From Gemmatimonadota bacterium (lineage in GTDB: Bacteria > Gemmatimonadota > Gemmatimonadetes > Gemmatimonadales > Gemmatimonadaceae), in the NCBI GenBank assembly GCA_040389905.1, contig JAZJZK010000010.1, positions 1 through 64,000 on the forward strand: DNA of 64,000 nt, in the 5' to 3' direction. The notes beneath the pieces were generated by a model. The model saw only the letters and a program-made list of their open reading frames with translations. It searched no databases and was not told the DNA's origin. Made by a program: the position numbers and the translations under genes. How positions within the stretch are numbered: the stretch's first letter is position 1; every line of letters starts with the position of its first letter. Positions 41,086-51,574 of the stretch are shown here, in pieces.

Positions 41086-42547
41086 CGACAAGAAGCTCAC
41101 AACCCGCGCGAAAGACTTCAGCGCCTGGTACAACGAAGTCGTCCTGAAGGCCGAAATGGCTGACTATTCGCCCGTGAAGGGGTGTATGGTCATCCGTCCC
41201 AACGGCTATGGCATCTGGGAGCGCATGCAGCGCGCCCTCGACGACATGTTCAAGGCGACCGGCCACCAGAACGCCTACTTCCCGCTCTTCATCCCGGAAT
41301 CGTATCTCCACAAGGAGAAGGAGCACGTCGAAGGCTTCGCCCACGAGTTCGCGGTCGTCACGCATGGTGGCGGCAAGAAGCTCGAAGAGCCGCTCGTCGT
41401 GCGTCCGACGTCCGAGACGATCATCTACTCGATGTTCGCCAAGTGGGTGCAATCGTATCGCGATTTGCCGCTGCTGATGAACCAATGGGCCAACGTCGTG
41501 CGCTGGGAAATGCGCACGCGTCTCTTCCTGCGCACCACCGAGTTTCTCTGGCAGGAAGGCCACACGGCGCACGCCACGCATGACGAGGCCGAGGAAGAGA
41601 CCCGTCGGATGCTCGGCGTCTATCGCGATTTCATGGAAGGGTACATCGCGATGCCCGTCGTCACTGGACAGAAGACCGAGTCGGAGAAGTTTGCCGGAGC
41701 ACTGCGCACCTATTCCTGCGAAGCGATGATGCAGGATAACAAGGCATTGCAGGCGGGCACGTCGCACAATCTCGGGCAGAATTTCGCCAAGGTCTTCGAC
41801 CTCAAGTTCCAGAGTGAGGCGGGAACCGAGGAGTACGCGTGGAACACGAGTTGGGGCGTGTCGACGCGCATGGTGGGTGGTCTGGTGATGACGCATGGCG
41901 ACGACAACGGACTGCGCTGTCCGCCGTTGCTGGCGCCCATCGAGATGGTCATCGTGCCCATCTACAAGACCGACGAAGAACGCGGTGCCATTCTCGAAGC
42001 CGCCCACCGCATCGCCAAGTCGCTCGGTGCTTGGGACCGTCGGGAGACCGCACGCCTCCGCATCCACATCGATGCGCGCGAAGGCATCAAGCCGGGCGCG
42101 AAGTACTACGAGTGGGAGCTCCGCGGTATTCCGCTGCGCCTGGAGATCGGACCGCGTGACCTGGCGGCCAATCAGGGCGTGCTGGTGCGCCGCGACACCC
42201 GGGCGAAGCTGCCTGTTTCATTGGACACACTCGGCGAGGAAGTTGCCGAGATGCTCTCGACGATGCAGCGCGACATGCTTGCCGCCGCGATGGACCGGCG
42301 CGATGCGAACAGCGTGCGTGAGCGGATCTCGTATGACACGTTCCGCGAACTCATGGACGGACAAGGTGGCTTCGTCTATGCCGGCTGGTGCGGCATGCCG
42401 GAGTGCGAAGCCGCGATCAAGGAGGACACCAAGGCGACGATCCGCTGTCTGCCCGATGAGGAGTTCCGGTCTGCGGAAGCACCAACGACCTGTCTCAAGT
42501 GCGGCATGGCGTCAACGGTCGAGGCATTGTGGGCGAAGGCGTACTGA
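41078..42547 (+). CDS. proS: Proline--tRNA ligase (eukaryote/archaeal-like type, no insertion editing domain)
   Basis: [32 protein letters not shown]-terminal AKAY. Confidence 0.96.
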   Translation: MADDKKLTTRAKDFSAWYNEVVLKAEMADYSPVKGCMVIRPNGYGIWERMQRALDDMFKATGHQNAYFPLFIPESYLHKEKEHVEGFAHEFAVVTHGGGKKLEEPLVVRPTSETIIYSMFAKWVQSYRDLPLLMNQWANVVRWEMRTRLFLRTTEFLWQEGHTAHATHDEAEEETRRMLGVYRDFMEGYIAMPVVTGQKTESEKFAGALRTYSCEAMMQDNKALQAGTSHNLGQNFAKVFDLKFQSEAGTEEYAWNTSWGVSTRMVGGLVMTHGDDNGLRCPPLLAPIEMVIVPIYKTDEERGAILEAAHRIAKSLGAWDRRETARLRIHIDAREGIKPGAKYYEWELRGIPLRLEIGPRDLAANQGVLVRRDTRAKLPVSLDTLGEEVAEMLSTMQRDMLAAAMDRRDANSVRERISYDTFRELMDGQGGFVYAGWCGMPECEAAIKEDTKATIRCLPDEEFRSAEAPTTCLKCGMASTVEALWAKAY

Positions 42548-43812
42548 CGGCGGGCTTCACGCGCGTGGGCGGAGCACTCACGTGCGAAGGTGTTGCGCTC
42601 GAGACGATCGCGAGCGACGTGGGAACGCCGGCGTACGTCTACAGCGCCGCCGTCGTCCGCGATCGCTATCAGCGTCTCGACGGTGCGCTGACCGCCATCC
42701 CGCACCGGATTCACTATACGCTCAAGGCAAATTCGAATCGCGGAATCCTGCGCCTGTTGCGCGAGATGGGAGCGGGTGTCGATGTCGTGTCTGGCGGCGA
42801 GCTGTTTCGCGCGCAACGAGCGGGGTTCGCCGGCAGCGACATCATTTTCGGCGGCGTCGGCAAACGGGACGAAGAGCTCCGCGAGGCGCTCGAAGCGCAG
42901 GTCATGTTGATCAATGCCGAATCGGAGGCCGAGATCCGGGCGCTGAATCGGATTGCCGGCGACCTTGGTGTCATCGCGCCGGTCGGCATTCGCGTGAATC
43001 CCGAAGTCACCGTCGATAGCTCGCACCGGTACATCAAGACGGGAGAAAAGGGCGCGAAGTTCGGCGTACCGTTCGATGAGGTGCACGCTGTCGCGCGTGT
43101 TGCGTCCGAGCTGCCGAACACGCGTCTCATCGGGCTCGACATGCACATCGGCTCGCAGCTCTTCCGTCTCGATGCGTATCTCGATGGCACCGAGAAACTC
43201 GTCGAGCTCCTGGACAAACTGAGTGCGGACGGCATCGACACGCTCCGCTATCTCGACATCGGAGGAGGGCTCGGCGTCAGTTACGACGACGAGCAGTCAC
43301 CGGACCTCCAGCGCTTCGCCGATGCACTGCGCACACGAGTGATGCCGACGGGCCTCACGCTCCTGATGGAGCCGGGGCGTTTCATCGTCGGTAATTCCGG
43401 CGTTCTGCTCACGCGAGTGCTGTACCGCAAGCACAGCGGCGGCCGCGATTTTCTCGTCACCGACGCGGGAATGACCGAGTTGTTGCGTCCCTCGCACTAC
43501 GATGCGTACCACAAGATCGAACGTGTGCAGCCAACGAGCGCGCACATGAAAGCGGATGTCGTGGGGCCGGTGTGCGAGAGCGGCGACTTCCTGGCCCTCG
43601 ATCGCCGAATGGACGAAGCAAACGCTGGGGACCTGCTCGCTGTCTATGACGTGGGTGCCTACGGATACGTGATGGCTTCCAACTACAACACGCGGCCGCG
43701 CGGCGTGGAAGTAATGGTCGACGGCGACCAGTACGCGATGACGACCGCGCGGGAGTGCTACGACGACCTCGTGCGGCTCGAGCAGGATGACCCCCAGTGG
43801 AGGCATGGCTGA
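42529..43812 (+). CDS. lysA: Diaminopimelate decarboxylase (start uncertain)
   Basis: [37 protein letters not shown]. Confidence 0.95.
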   Translation: MGEGVLTAGFTRVGGALTCEGVALETIASDVGTPAYVYSAAVVRDRYQRLDGALTAIPHRIHYTLKANSNRGILRLLREMGAGVDVVSGGELFRAQRAGFAGSDIIFGGVGKRDEELREALEAQVMLINAESEAEIRALNRIAGDLGVIAPVGIRVNPEVTVDSSHRYIKTGEKGAKFGVPFDEVHAVARVASELPNTRLIGLDMHIGSQLFRLDAYLDGTEKLVELLDKLSADGIDTLRYLDIGGGLGVSYDDEQSPDLQRFADALRTRVMPTGLTLLMEPGRFIVGNSGVLLTRVLYRKHSGGRDFLVTDAGMTELLRPSHYDAYHKIERVQPTSAHMKADVVGPVCESGDFLALDRRMDEANAGDLLAVYDVGAYGYVMASNYNTRPRGVEVMVDGDQYAMTTARECYDDLVRLEQDDPQWRHG

Positions 43813-44321
43813 TGCGCGTCGGGTTGATGGCCGATAGCCACGACCGGATTCCCGCGATTGCGGAATTCGTGAAGCTCATGCAGGCGGAAGGCGTGTCGAT
43901 GCTGCTCCATGCGGGAGACTACTGCGCGCCCTTCGCGCTCAAGCCCATCGAGGAAGCCAGCATGTCGCTCGCCGGTGTGTTCGGCCGCAACGACGGCGAC
44001 ACGCAGGGACTGCTCGCCAAGGCAACCGCGGGATTCGGCGCCGAGTTGTTTGGCGGCCCGCACAGCTTCGAGCTTGGCGGACAGCGCGTGCTCGTCGTTC
44101 ATGACATCGGTGACGTGCAGCCCCGCAGCATCGATGCGCACAGCATCGTCGTGCATGGCTTCACGCACCAGCAGGAGATGAAGACCCGCGGTGATACGCT
44201 GATTGTGAACCCTGGTGAATCGTGCGGTTGGCTCTTCGGTACGCCGAAGGCTGCGATTCTCGATCTCGACTCCAAGAAAGTGGAATTCCTGAGCCTCGAC
44301 CCCGCGCACTGGACGACATGA
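43812..44321 (+). CDS. YfcE/MJ0936-family metallophosphoesterase
   Basis: DSHD, HAGD, G.ND, HG.TH, NPGE. Confidence 0.88.
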   Translation: MRVGLMADSHDRIPAIAEFVKLMQAEGVSMLLHAGDYCAPFALKPIEEASMSLAGVFGRNDGDTQGLLAKATAGFGAELFGGPHSFELGGQRVLVVHDIGDVQPRSIDAHSIVVHGFTHQQEMKTRGDTLIVNPGESCGWLFGTPKAAILDLDSKKVEFLSLDPAHWTT

Positions 44322-45868
44322 CGGCGCAAAGCCGCATCCTCATCATCGACTACGGATCGCAGTTCACACAGCTCATTGCTCGCCGAGTCCGCGAAGCGAG
44401 AGTGTACTCCGAGATTCATCCACCGACGCGCAGCGTCGAGTGGATACGTGAGTGGAAGCCGACTGGCATCATCTTCAGCGGTGGACCGAATTCCGTGTAT
44501 GGCGCCGAGGCGCCACTCGCTGATCCCGAGGTCTTCGACGTCGCGCCGATTCTTGGCGTGTGCTACGGGATGCAGATGATCGCCTATCTGAGTGGCGCCG
44601 ACGTGACGCGCGGCGGCCAACGCCAGTATGGGCGCGACGCCATCCGCACCACGCGCGACAGTGCGCTGTTCCGGGGCTTCCACATCGACGAGGACACGAT
44701 CGTCTGGATGAGTCACGGAGACCACATCGAGGCCGTGCCGGATGGCTTTCACGTCACCGCGGCGAGCGGCGGTAACCCGATCGCGGCGTTCGAGCACGAC
44801 ACCAAGCCGATCTTCGGTGTGCAGTTCCATCCCGAAGTCGCGCATACGACTCGCGGCGGCGAGATCATCGCGAACTTCCTCTTCGATGTCTGCGGCGCGA
44901 CGCCGACATGGACGCCCGGCGCGTTCATCGAGGATGAAGTCGCGAAAATCCGTGCGCTCGTTGGCGACGCGCAGGTGATTTGCGGACTCTCGGGCGGTGT
45001 CGATTCATCCGTCGCAGCGGCGCTGGTGCACCGCGCGATCGGCGATCAGCTCACGTGCGTGTTCGTGGACACGGGGTTGCTGCGGCTGCGCGAGCGCGAA
45101 CAGGTCCAGCAGACGATGGGTCGCCACCTCGGCATCAAGCTCGTGACCGTCGAAGCGTCGGAGCGATTCCTCGCGGCGTTGAAGGGGATCGACGAGCCGG
45201 AGGCCAAGCGGCGGGCGATCGGCCACACGTTCATCGATGTTTTCGAGGAAGCGACGGCGAGCGCCGGTTCGAACGCGAAGTTCCTGGTGCAGGGCACGCT
45301 CTATCCCGACGTGATCGAGAGCGCATCGCCGACTGGTGGCCCGTCGGTGACGATCAAGACGCATCACAATGTCGGCGGGCTCAAGCCGGGGATGCAGTTC
45401 GCGCTTATCGAGCCGCTGCGCGAATTGTTCAAGGACGAAGTTCGGAATGTCGGCCGCGAGTTGGGGCTGCCGGAGGAGATGGTCGGCCGGCACCCGTTCC
45501 CCGGCCCCGGTCTGGCCATCCGCGTCCTCGGAGCCGTGGCCGAACCCGCACTCGACGTGCTGCGTCTTGCGGATGCGATTTACCTGGAGGAAATTCGGTC
45601 GGCAGGGCTCTACAACGAAATCTGGCAGGCGTTCGCCGTGCTTCTCCCTGTTCGCAGTGTTGGTGTCATGGGTGACGAGCGGACGTACGACAATGTTGTT
45701 GCACTGCGCGCGGTCACGAGCACCGATGGTATGACTGCGGACTGGTATCCTTTCCCGCACGACATCATGGCGAAGATCAGCGATCGGATCATTCGAGAGG
45801 TCGATGGCGTGAATCGCGTCGTGTACGACGTCAGTTCGAAGCCGCCGGCGACCATCGAGTGGGAGTAA
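44318..45868 (+). CDS. guaA: GMP synthase (glutamine-hydrolysing)
   Basis: [42 protein letters not shown]. Confidence 0.98.
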   Translation: MTAQSRILIIDYGSQFTQLIARRVREARVYSEIHPPTRSVEWIREWKPTGIIFSGGPNSVYGAEAPLADPEVFDVAPILGVCYGMQMIAYLSGADVTRGGQRQYGRDAIRTTRDSALFRGFHIDEDTIVWMSHGDHIEAVPDGFHVTAASGGNPIAAFEHDTKPIFGVQFHPEVAHTTRGGEIIANFLFDVCGATPTWTPGAFIEDEVAKIRALVGDAQVICGLSGGVDSSVAAALVHRAIGDQLTCVFVDTGLLRLREREQVQQTMGRHLGIKLVTVEASERFLAALKGIDEPEAKRRAIGHTFIDVFEEATASAGSNAKFLVQGTLYPDVIESASPTGGPSVTIKTHHNVGGLKPGMQFALIEPLRELFKDEVRNVGRELGLPEEMVGRHPFPGPGLAIRVLGAVAEPALDVLRLADAIYLEEIRSAGLYNEIWQAFAVLLPVRSVGVMGDERTYDNVVALRAVTSTDGMTADWYPFPHDIMAKISDRIIREVDGVNRVVYDVSSKPPATIEWE

Positions 45869-46812
45869 CTCCGGAGCCACGCCCATCGACGGGGACGGGC
45901 CGACGCACTCAAGCGCTGCGTGGGCCGGGCGCCGGCGGATTCACGCCGGCGCAGTCACTCGCTGCATCCAACCCCTGCCTGAACTGCGGCACGAACATCC
46001 AGCTCGCGTACTGTCCGGAGTGCGGTCAGCGCGAAATCGATCCGGATCCCACACTGCGCGAGTTCCTGCACGAACTGGCCGAGGAGTTTCTGCACTGGGA
46101 CGGCAAGCTCGTGACGACGTTCCGCACGCTGTTGACCAAACCTGGCGTGCTCACGATGGAGTACCTGGGCGGACGCCGGGTGCGCTATATCTCACCGCTT
46201 CGGGTGTATCTCACGTGCAGTGTGCTGTTCTTCTTTCTCGCCGCGATCGCACCCGCGCGCGTGGTGCTGGACAAATTCGGCCAGCCGGTGGAGCAGGGGC
46301 TCGTTCAGATTTCGCAGTCGACCCAAAAGGAGCTCGCCGAAATCGATTCCGCGGCGGCCAAGGCGCCGTACGTCACACGCGTCTGGATGACGCATTTTGC
46401 TCGTGCCATGAGCAAGCCCGACGAGTTGCGACACGCGACGACCGCGGCCATCCCGAAAGCAATGTTCGTTTTGGTGCCGCTCTTTGCCGCACTCATTGGC
46501 GTTGTCTATCGCGATCGCCGGCGGAAGTATCCGCAGCACCTCGCGTTTGCGCTGCACGTGCACGCCGCGCTCTTCGTCGCGCTGTCCGTGATGCTGCTCA
46601 ATCGCTTCATGTCGTCGCTGACCATCGCCGGGGTGTTCCAGCTGCTCGTCGCGATTCCTTTCGCGGCCTACACGGTGCTCGCGACGCAGGCGGTGTATGA
46701 AAGCAGACGTGGCCAGTCGATCTGGCGGCTGACCCTTGCGTCGACGATGTACTTCGTCGTGTTCCTGTTTGTAATCACCGCCCTGTTTGCAATTATCGTC
46801 CTTTCGAGCTGA
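45859..46812 (+). CDS. DUF3667-like zinc-ribbon membrane protein (start uncertain)
   Basis: CLNC...YCPECGQ, L..KPG.LT.EY..GRR.RY..P.R.Y, multiple TM helices. Confidence 0.75.
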   Translation: MGVTPEPRPSTGTGRRTQALRGPGAGGFTPAQSLAASNPCLNCGTNIQLAYCPECGQREIDPDPTLREFLHELAEEFLHWDGKLVTTFRTLLTKPGVLTMEYLGGRRVRYISPLRVYLTCSVLFFFLAAIAPARVVLDKFGQPVEQGLVQISQSTQKELAEIDSAAAKAPYVTRVWMTHFARAMSKPDELRHATTAAIPKAMFVLVPLFAALIGVVYRDRRRKYPQHLAFALHVHAALFVALSVMLLNRFMSSLTIAGVFQLLVAIPFAAYTVLATQAVYESRRGQSIWRLTLASTMYFVVFLFVITALFAIIVLSS

Positions 46813-46826
46813 CGGCGTAAACAGCG

Positions 46827-46858
46827 GGTGCACGCCATTCGCTTCGCTCAGGGCGACA
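46827..46858. repeat. REP-like palindrome family, half copy F
   Basis: Reverse complement TGTCGCCCTGAGCGAAGCGAATGGCGTGCACC matches 916-947; lies between convergent genes. Confidence 0.7.
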
Positions 46859-46907
46859 AAACACGCGGGCCTTCGCGCTAATCAAGCCGACAAAACAAAC
46901 GACCGAG

Positions 46908-47360
46908 TTAGACGCCTTTCTCCTTCAAGAGCTCCAGGAACTGCACCGGCTCCGTCAGTGCGAGAAGCCGCTGCGGCACGTCGGACTCCTTCGAGAATTG
47001 CGCAATCTTCCCAAGCACCGGGAGATACTGGTTGGACACTTCCAGGGGTGGCGCGACGATGAGGAAAAAGAAATTCACCGGCTTCTCGTCGATCGCCTTG
47101 AAGTCCATGCCGCTCGTTTTTCGACCGAACGCGACGCGCAATTTGTTCACGACCAGCGACCGGCAATGCGGGATGGCAATCCCGCGCCCAATGCCGGTGG
47201 AGCCAAGATTCTCGCGTCGCTTCAGCATCTTGTAGAGCATCCCGTCCGACTTGTCGTCGAGCTTGAGGAGGCCGATGAGCTCCTTGAGGATGTCGTCTTT
47301 GGTTTCCCCTTCGAGCTCGAGCTTGATTGCGTCTTCGTCGAAGAACTCGCGTAGTTCCAT
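46908..47360 (-). CDS. ptsN: PTS IIA-like (nitrogen-regulatory) protein
   Basis: RENLGSTGIGRGIAIPHC phospho-His motif. Confidence 0.9.
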   Translation of the reverse strand: MELREFFDEDAIKLELEGETKDDILKELIGLLKLDDKSDGMLYKMLKRRENLGSTGIGRGIAIPHCRSLVVNKLRVAFGRKTSGMDFKAIDEKPVNFFFLIVAPPLEVSNQYLPVLGKIAQFSKESDVPQRLLALTEPVQFLELLKEKGV

Positions 47361-47430
47361 CTCGTCAGATCCGATGCTGGGGCGATGCCGGAGGCCTTTA
47401 GCGCGGCCTGTCTGCTTGATCGAACCGGGA

Positions 47431-47460
47431 AACGTACCCGTGCGCGCGCAACCTTGTCAA
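47431..47460 (-). promoter_or_regulatory. Sigma70-type promoter for ptsN
   Basis: Minus strand TTGACA-N18-TACGTT. Confidence 0.6.
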
Positions 47461-47469
47461 ACGCCGTCG

Positions 47470-47498
47470 TTGCTTGGACTTCCGCGCCTCGGTAACTT
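47470..47498 (+). promoter_or_regulatory. Sigma70-type promoter for dusB (leaderless geometry)
   Basis: TTGCTT-N17-TAACTT, then 6 nt to ATG 47505. Confidence 0.55.
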
Positions 47499-47504
47499 CC
47501 GAGA

Positions 47505-48548
47505 ATGGGCTTCCCCTTTCCCCTCGCGGTCGATACGCCACTCTATCTCGCGCCTATGGCCGGCGTGTCGGAATCCCCATTCCGGCAACTCTGCCATGAT
47601 CATGGCGCCGACGTCGTGGTCACCGAGTTCCTCTCGGCTGAGGGAATCCGCCGCGAAAATGAGTCGACGATTCACAAGCTCGCGTTCGGGCCTGGTGAAC
47701 GGCCCATCGGGGTGCAGATCTTCGGCGCCGATCCGGTGGCCATGGGGGAAGCGGCGCGTTTTGTTTCCGATGTGTTTCAGCCCGAGTTCATCGACATCAA
47801 TTTCGGCTGTCCGGTGAAGAAGGTCGTTCGCCGGAATGGGGGCTCCGGCTGTCTGCGCGACCTCGACCTTGTCGAACAGGTGATTCGCGCGGTCGCGTCC
47901 GCCACACCACTCCCCGTCACGTGCAAGATCCGGAGTGGCTGGAGCGAGGAGATGCGCGATCCCGTGAAAATCGCCCTGCGCTGCCAGGACGCCGGCGCAC
48001 GCGTGCTCGCGTTGCACCCGCGAACCCGGACGCAGATGTACACTGGCAACGCGCGCTGGGAAGAAATCGCTGCCGTTGTCGACGCGCTCGACATTCCGGT
48101 GCTCGGTAACGGCGATATCAAGACGGCAGAAGACGCCATCCGGATGCACCAGCAGACTGGATGCGCTGGCATCATGATCGCGCGAGGATCGTACGGACAG
48201 CCCTGGATATTCAACCAGGTCAAGGATCTGCTTGCTGGTCGCGCGAAGCGGCCGGCGCCGAACGTCGCAGACCGCTTTGCGGTCGCGCTGGATCACGCGC
48301 GGAAGGTGATCGCGTACGAGACGGATCCACGCGGTGCAGCGATCGAATTCCGCAAGCATCTCGGCTGGTATTCGAAGGGGCTCCACGGCGGCGCAGAGCT
48401 TCGGAAAAAACTCTACGCGGTGACGTCGTTCGCGGAAGTCGAGGGCATCTTCGCCGACTACCTCGCCAACGCCGAGCGATACGCGGAGGCGGCGGACTTT
48501 GCACCGCTCGGCGATGCGGGGGGAGAGTTCGAGGCAGACGCCGCATGA
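47505..48548 (+). CDS. dusB: tRNA-dihydrouridine synthase
   Basis: LAPMAGV, DINFGCP, GNGDI, RKHLGWY. Confidence 0.94.
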   Translation: MGFPFPLAVDTPLYLAPMAGVSESPFRQLCHDHGADVVVTEFLSAEGIRRENESTIHKLAFGPGERPIGVQIFGADPVAMGEAARFVSDVFQPEFIDINFGCPVKKVVRRNGGSGCLRDLDLVEQVIRAVASATPLPVTCKIRSGWSEEMRDPVKIALRCQDAGARVLALHPRTRTQMYTGNARWEEIAAVVDALDIPVLGNGDIKTAEDAIRMHQQTGCAGIMIARGSYGQPWIFNQVKDLLAGRAKRPAPNVADRFAVALDHARKVIAYETDPRGAAIEFRKHLGWYSKGLHGGAELRKKLYAVTSFAEVEGIFADYLANAERYAEAADFAPLGDAGGEFEADAA

Positions 48549-49294
48549 GACGTGAGCGGGTGCGCGAGTTGCTCACCCGCGTTGCCGAAGGGTCACTTCC
48601 CATCGACGGCGCGCTCGATTCACTTGCCGGTGAACCGCTGGAGTCGCTGGGTTTTGCGACCATCGACCATCATCGCGCGCTGCGCCAAGGCTTTCCGGAG
48701 GTCGTCTACGGTGCAGGCAAGACGGTCGATCAAATCACCACGATTGCCAGCAGCATTGCAGCACGTGGGGACGGTGTTTTGGTGACACGGGTGAGCGATT
48801 CGGCCGTCGATGGCCTCCGCAACGCGATTCCAGCGGCGGAATACAACGATGTCGCTCGCACGCTTTTCTTGCGGCCGGCGACCGCGCCTGGGCTTTCGCA
48901 GGACAGTCTTCTCATTATTACCGCGGGCACCAGTGATCTGCCGGTTGCGGAGGAGGCCGCCGTGACGGCGGATGCAATGGCGTGCCGCGTGGAGCGGCTG
49001 ACCGACGTCGGCGTCGCGGGCATTCATCGCATACTGTCGCGGCGCGAGAGGCTCGACCAAGCCGGTGTGATCATCGTGGTGGCTGGAATGGATGGCGCGC
49101 TCGCTTCTGTCGTCGGCGGCCTTGCTCGCGTGCCCATCATCGCGGTACCTACCAGCGTCGGTTACGGCGCATCGTTCAATGGGCTTGCTCCGTTGCTGAC
49201 AATGCTGAACAGTTGCGCCGCAGGTGTGACTGTCGTAAACATCGACAACGGCTTCGGTGCGGCGGTTGCGGCTGCGCGCATTCTCCATCGATAG
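48545..49294 (+). CDS. larB: Nickel-pincer cofactor biosynthesis protein LarB (PurE-like)
   Basis: DHHRALRQGFPEVVYG.GKT, AGTSDLPVAEEA, DVGVAG, PTSVGYG, NIDNGFGA. Confidence 0.92.
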   Translation: MRRERVRELLTRVAEGSLPIDGALDSLAGEPLESLGFATIDHHRALRQGFPEVVYGAGKTVDQITTIASSIAARGDGVLVTRVSDSAVDGLRNAIPAAEYNDVARTLFLRPATAPGLSQDSLLIITAGTSDLPVAEEAAVTADAMACRVERLTDVGVAGIHRILSRRERLDQAGVIIVVAGMDGALASVVGGLARVPIIAVPTSVGYGASFNGLAPLLTMLNSCAAGVTVVNIDNGFGAAVAAARILHR

Positions 49295-49336
49295 GCCTTG
49301 GCAACGCTGCCCTCCTGACCTCGCTGCACGTCACCC

Positions 49337-50980
49337 ATGTTGCCTGCTGCGGCCATTGTACTTGCCATCATGGCGTTCGCCGCCGCCGGCTACGCGTGGG
49401 TTCAGGCGCATCGATCTCGGCAGGATCTCTCCGAGGCGCAGGCTCGGCTCGCACGGATCGATGCCGAACTTCCGGAAACTGATGGCGACGAGACGGTCGG
49501 TGTCGAGGCTCTTCGGCGAGACGTTCGCGTGTCGTTCGAGGCCCGAGAAGTCGAACACGATCGAGCCTTGCTCGCGTCGCTCCTGGCGGACTTCCGCGAC
49601 GTCGCGGGAGCGGAGGAGGCAATCTTCTGGCGCTGGAAGGCCGATCGCGACTCGCTGTCGCCGTCCGTGTGGTCCACGGAGGGCCACCGGCCGGCGTACT
49701 TCAACATTGCCGAATGGGGGCCGCTCGTGCAGTGGTCTGCCGAGACGGGCGTGGTGCAGACGGTCGGCAAAGACGAAATCATTCATGTCGCGGCGGCGTG
49801 TATCAAAGAGCGCGACAACCTGGTCGGAGTGCTCAGCCTGACCCATGCGCAGGGCCTTGGTCTCGGCCGTGCCGCCCTCAAGGAATGGCTTCCGCGGCTC
49901 GCCGATCAACTGGCAACGTTTCACGAATTGCTCGGTGTGCGCCGGAACTATAGCCGGCATATGCGGCAAAGCCAGGCGCTACTCGACGCAGTGCAGCGGC
50001 TACAGGGTGACAAGGCAAGTGACGGCGTTGCAGGGTCGCTGTGCGACACCGCACTGGACGTATCCGGCGCGAGAGGCGCAGTGCTGGTCCGCTGGGATTC
50101 GGAGAGCGACGCGGGGGAACTGCACTACGCCACCGAGGGAACGGGGCTGCGCGTTCCCACCCCATTAGACAGCAGCAGTATTGTTGCAGACGTCTGCCGC
50201 ACGGGGAAGCTGCATGTGCTCGAGGACTCACGCAGCGCGGTCTCTTCCCAGGCGCTCTACGGAGCGGGTCGTGTGATTCGAGAACCCGGGTCGGTTGCCA
50301 TTATCCCGCTGTCCAAGGACGGACGCACACTGGGTGCGTTGGTGCTCGAATCAGACGAGGTTGGTGGTCTCACGATCGAAGATACTCGACCCTTAACCGT
50401 GCTCGGCGCGGTAGTGGTGGGTTCGCTCGAACTCGCGTGGCGTTTCGCTGAAGTGGACCGTCGTGCCAGGACCGATTCGTTGACAGGCCTCTGGAACCGG
50501 ATGCACTTCGGGGAGCAACTGACGAGAACGCTTGCGGAGGCAGACCGGTACAATCATCCCGTGTCATTGGTGCTGCTGGACATCGATCACTTCAAGAAGG
50601 TGAATGACACGTGGGGGCACGAAGCGGGGGATTCGGTGCTTCGGCAAGTGGCGAAGGTCGTTCAGGATGGCCTGCGGGCCGTGGACATCTGCGTTCGGTA
50701 CGGCGGCGAGGAGATTGCCTTGCTGCTGTCACAGACAGACAGTGCCCACGCGGTCGAGGTTGCGGAGCGCCTGCGGTCACGGATCGCAGGGACTCCAGTG
50801 CGGCACGGGCCAGCGGTGATTCCGGTGACGGCGTCGTTCGGAGTCGCCACGTATCCGGAGACGGTGAAGGTGCGGGACCAACTTTTCCCGGCGGCAGACA
50901 AGGCATTGTACATCGCGAAGCACGACGGCAGAAATTGCGTGAGAGCAAAGCCTGCAAATAAAGGTAGGACAACGAGTTGA
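49337..50980 (+). CDS. Membrane-anchored GAF-GGDEF diguanylate cyclase
   Basis: TDSLTGLWNR, DIDHFKKVND.WGH..GD, RxxD I-site RAVD, RYGGEEI. Confidence 0.92.
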   Translation: MLPAAAIVLAIMAFAAAGYAWVQAHRSRQDLSEAQARLARIDAELPETDGDETVGVEALRRDVRVSFEAREVEHDRALLASLLADFRDVAGAEEAIFWRWKADRDSLSPSVWSTEGHRPAYFNIAEWGPLVQWSAETGVVQTVGKDEIIHVAAACIKERDNLVGVLSLTHAQGLGLGRAALKEWLPRLADQLATFHELLGVRRNYSRHMRQSQALLDAVQRLQGDKASDGVAGSLCDTALDVSGARGAVLVRWDSESDAGELHYATEGTGLRVPTPLDSSSIVADVCRTGKLHVLEDSRSAVSSQALYGAGRVIREPGSVAIIPLSKDGRTLGALVLESDEVGGLTIEDTRPLTVLGAVVVGSLELAWRFAEVDRRARTDSLTGLWNRMHFGEQLTRTLAEADRYNHPVSLVLLDIDHFKKVNDTWGHEAGDSVLRQVAKVVQDGLRAVDICVRYGGEEIALLLSQTDSAHAVEVAERLRSRIAGTPVRHGPAVIPVTASFGVATYPETVKVRDQLFPAADKALYIAKHDGRNCVRAKPANKGRTTS

Positions 50981-51018
50981 GCCGTGGCCTGGCGAGAGGT
51001 GTGGCCGCGCAGATCGCA

Positions 51019-51047
51019 TTGACGTGGGTGCGTCGGTGCGCTAGCTT
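51019..51047 (+). promoter_or_regulatory. Sigma70-type promoter of ssrA
   Basis: TTGACG-N17-TAGCTT. Confidence 0.75.
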
Positions 51048-51070
51048 TCGAGATGTAGAGAGCACAATCA

Positions 51071-51426
51071 GGGGGCGACAGGCTTCGACGGGACTGGTGC
51101 AGCTGTGGGCGCGTGCCGAGGTACTCGGGCACCTCGTTAAACACTCGGGAAAACATCAACTGCGAACAACAACTTCGCCCTTGCCGCCTAACTTTTAGTT
51201 AGGCCTGCAGGTGCCCTTGAGGAAGCCCGCCCGGGGCGTCTTTTTGGGTAACGCAAATCTGGGCTAGCCCTGCCGAGTGCTCTCGGCGGCGGGGCAAAAC
51301 AAGGAGAGCTTACTCTGCGGTGGGCTGCCCACTGGCCAGCAGCAGGGGACATCAATCGGTGGGATACGCACGTAGTGCCTGTGGTCGATCTAGCTTCGGA
51401 CCGGGGTTCGATTCCCCGCGCCTCCA
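51071..51426 (+). ncRNA. ssrA: tmRNA; tag ANNNFALAA* at 51162-51191; CCA not encoded
   Basis: GGGGGCG/CGCCTCC acceptor stem with G3:U wobble; TTCGAC after the 5' stem; T-arm CGGGGTTCGATTCCCCG; tag ORF ending LAA. Confidence 0.97.
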
Positions 51427-51439
51427 CTGAACAGCAACA

Positions 51440-51474
51440 CGAAAGAGCCGAACGCGCTGCGTTCGGCTCTTTCG
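51440..51474 (+). terminator. Hairpin terminator after ssrA
   Basis: CGAAAGAGCCGAACGC-gct-GCGTTCGGCTCTTTCG, a perfect 16-bp stem. Confidence 0.8.
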
Positions 51475-51539
51475 GTATCCGCCGTCCGCTTTGTCCGCAG
51501 AACTGGCGCATCGAGATGGGTACGCGCGCCGCTGAAAAC

Positions 51540-51568
51540 TTGCCCTGCGGCGACGCCCGACGCATTCT
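51540..51568 (+). promoter_or_regulatory. Putative promoter of the half-SecY gene (leaderless geometry)
   Basis: TTGCCC-N17-CATTCT, then 6 nt to ATG 51575; no Shine-Dalgarno. Confidence 0.5.
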
Positions 51569-51574
51569 CCTCAG

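Noticed and set aside
41078..42547. Eukaryote/archaeal-type ProRS as evidence of recent horizontal transfer
   Set aside because: This type is widespread in several bacterial phyla, and the gene is embedded in a core operon
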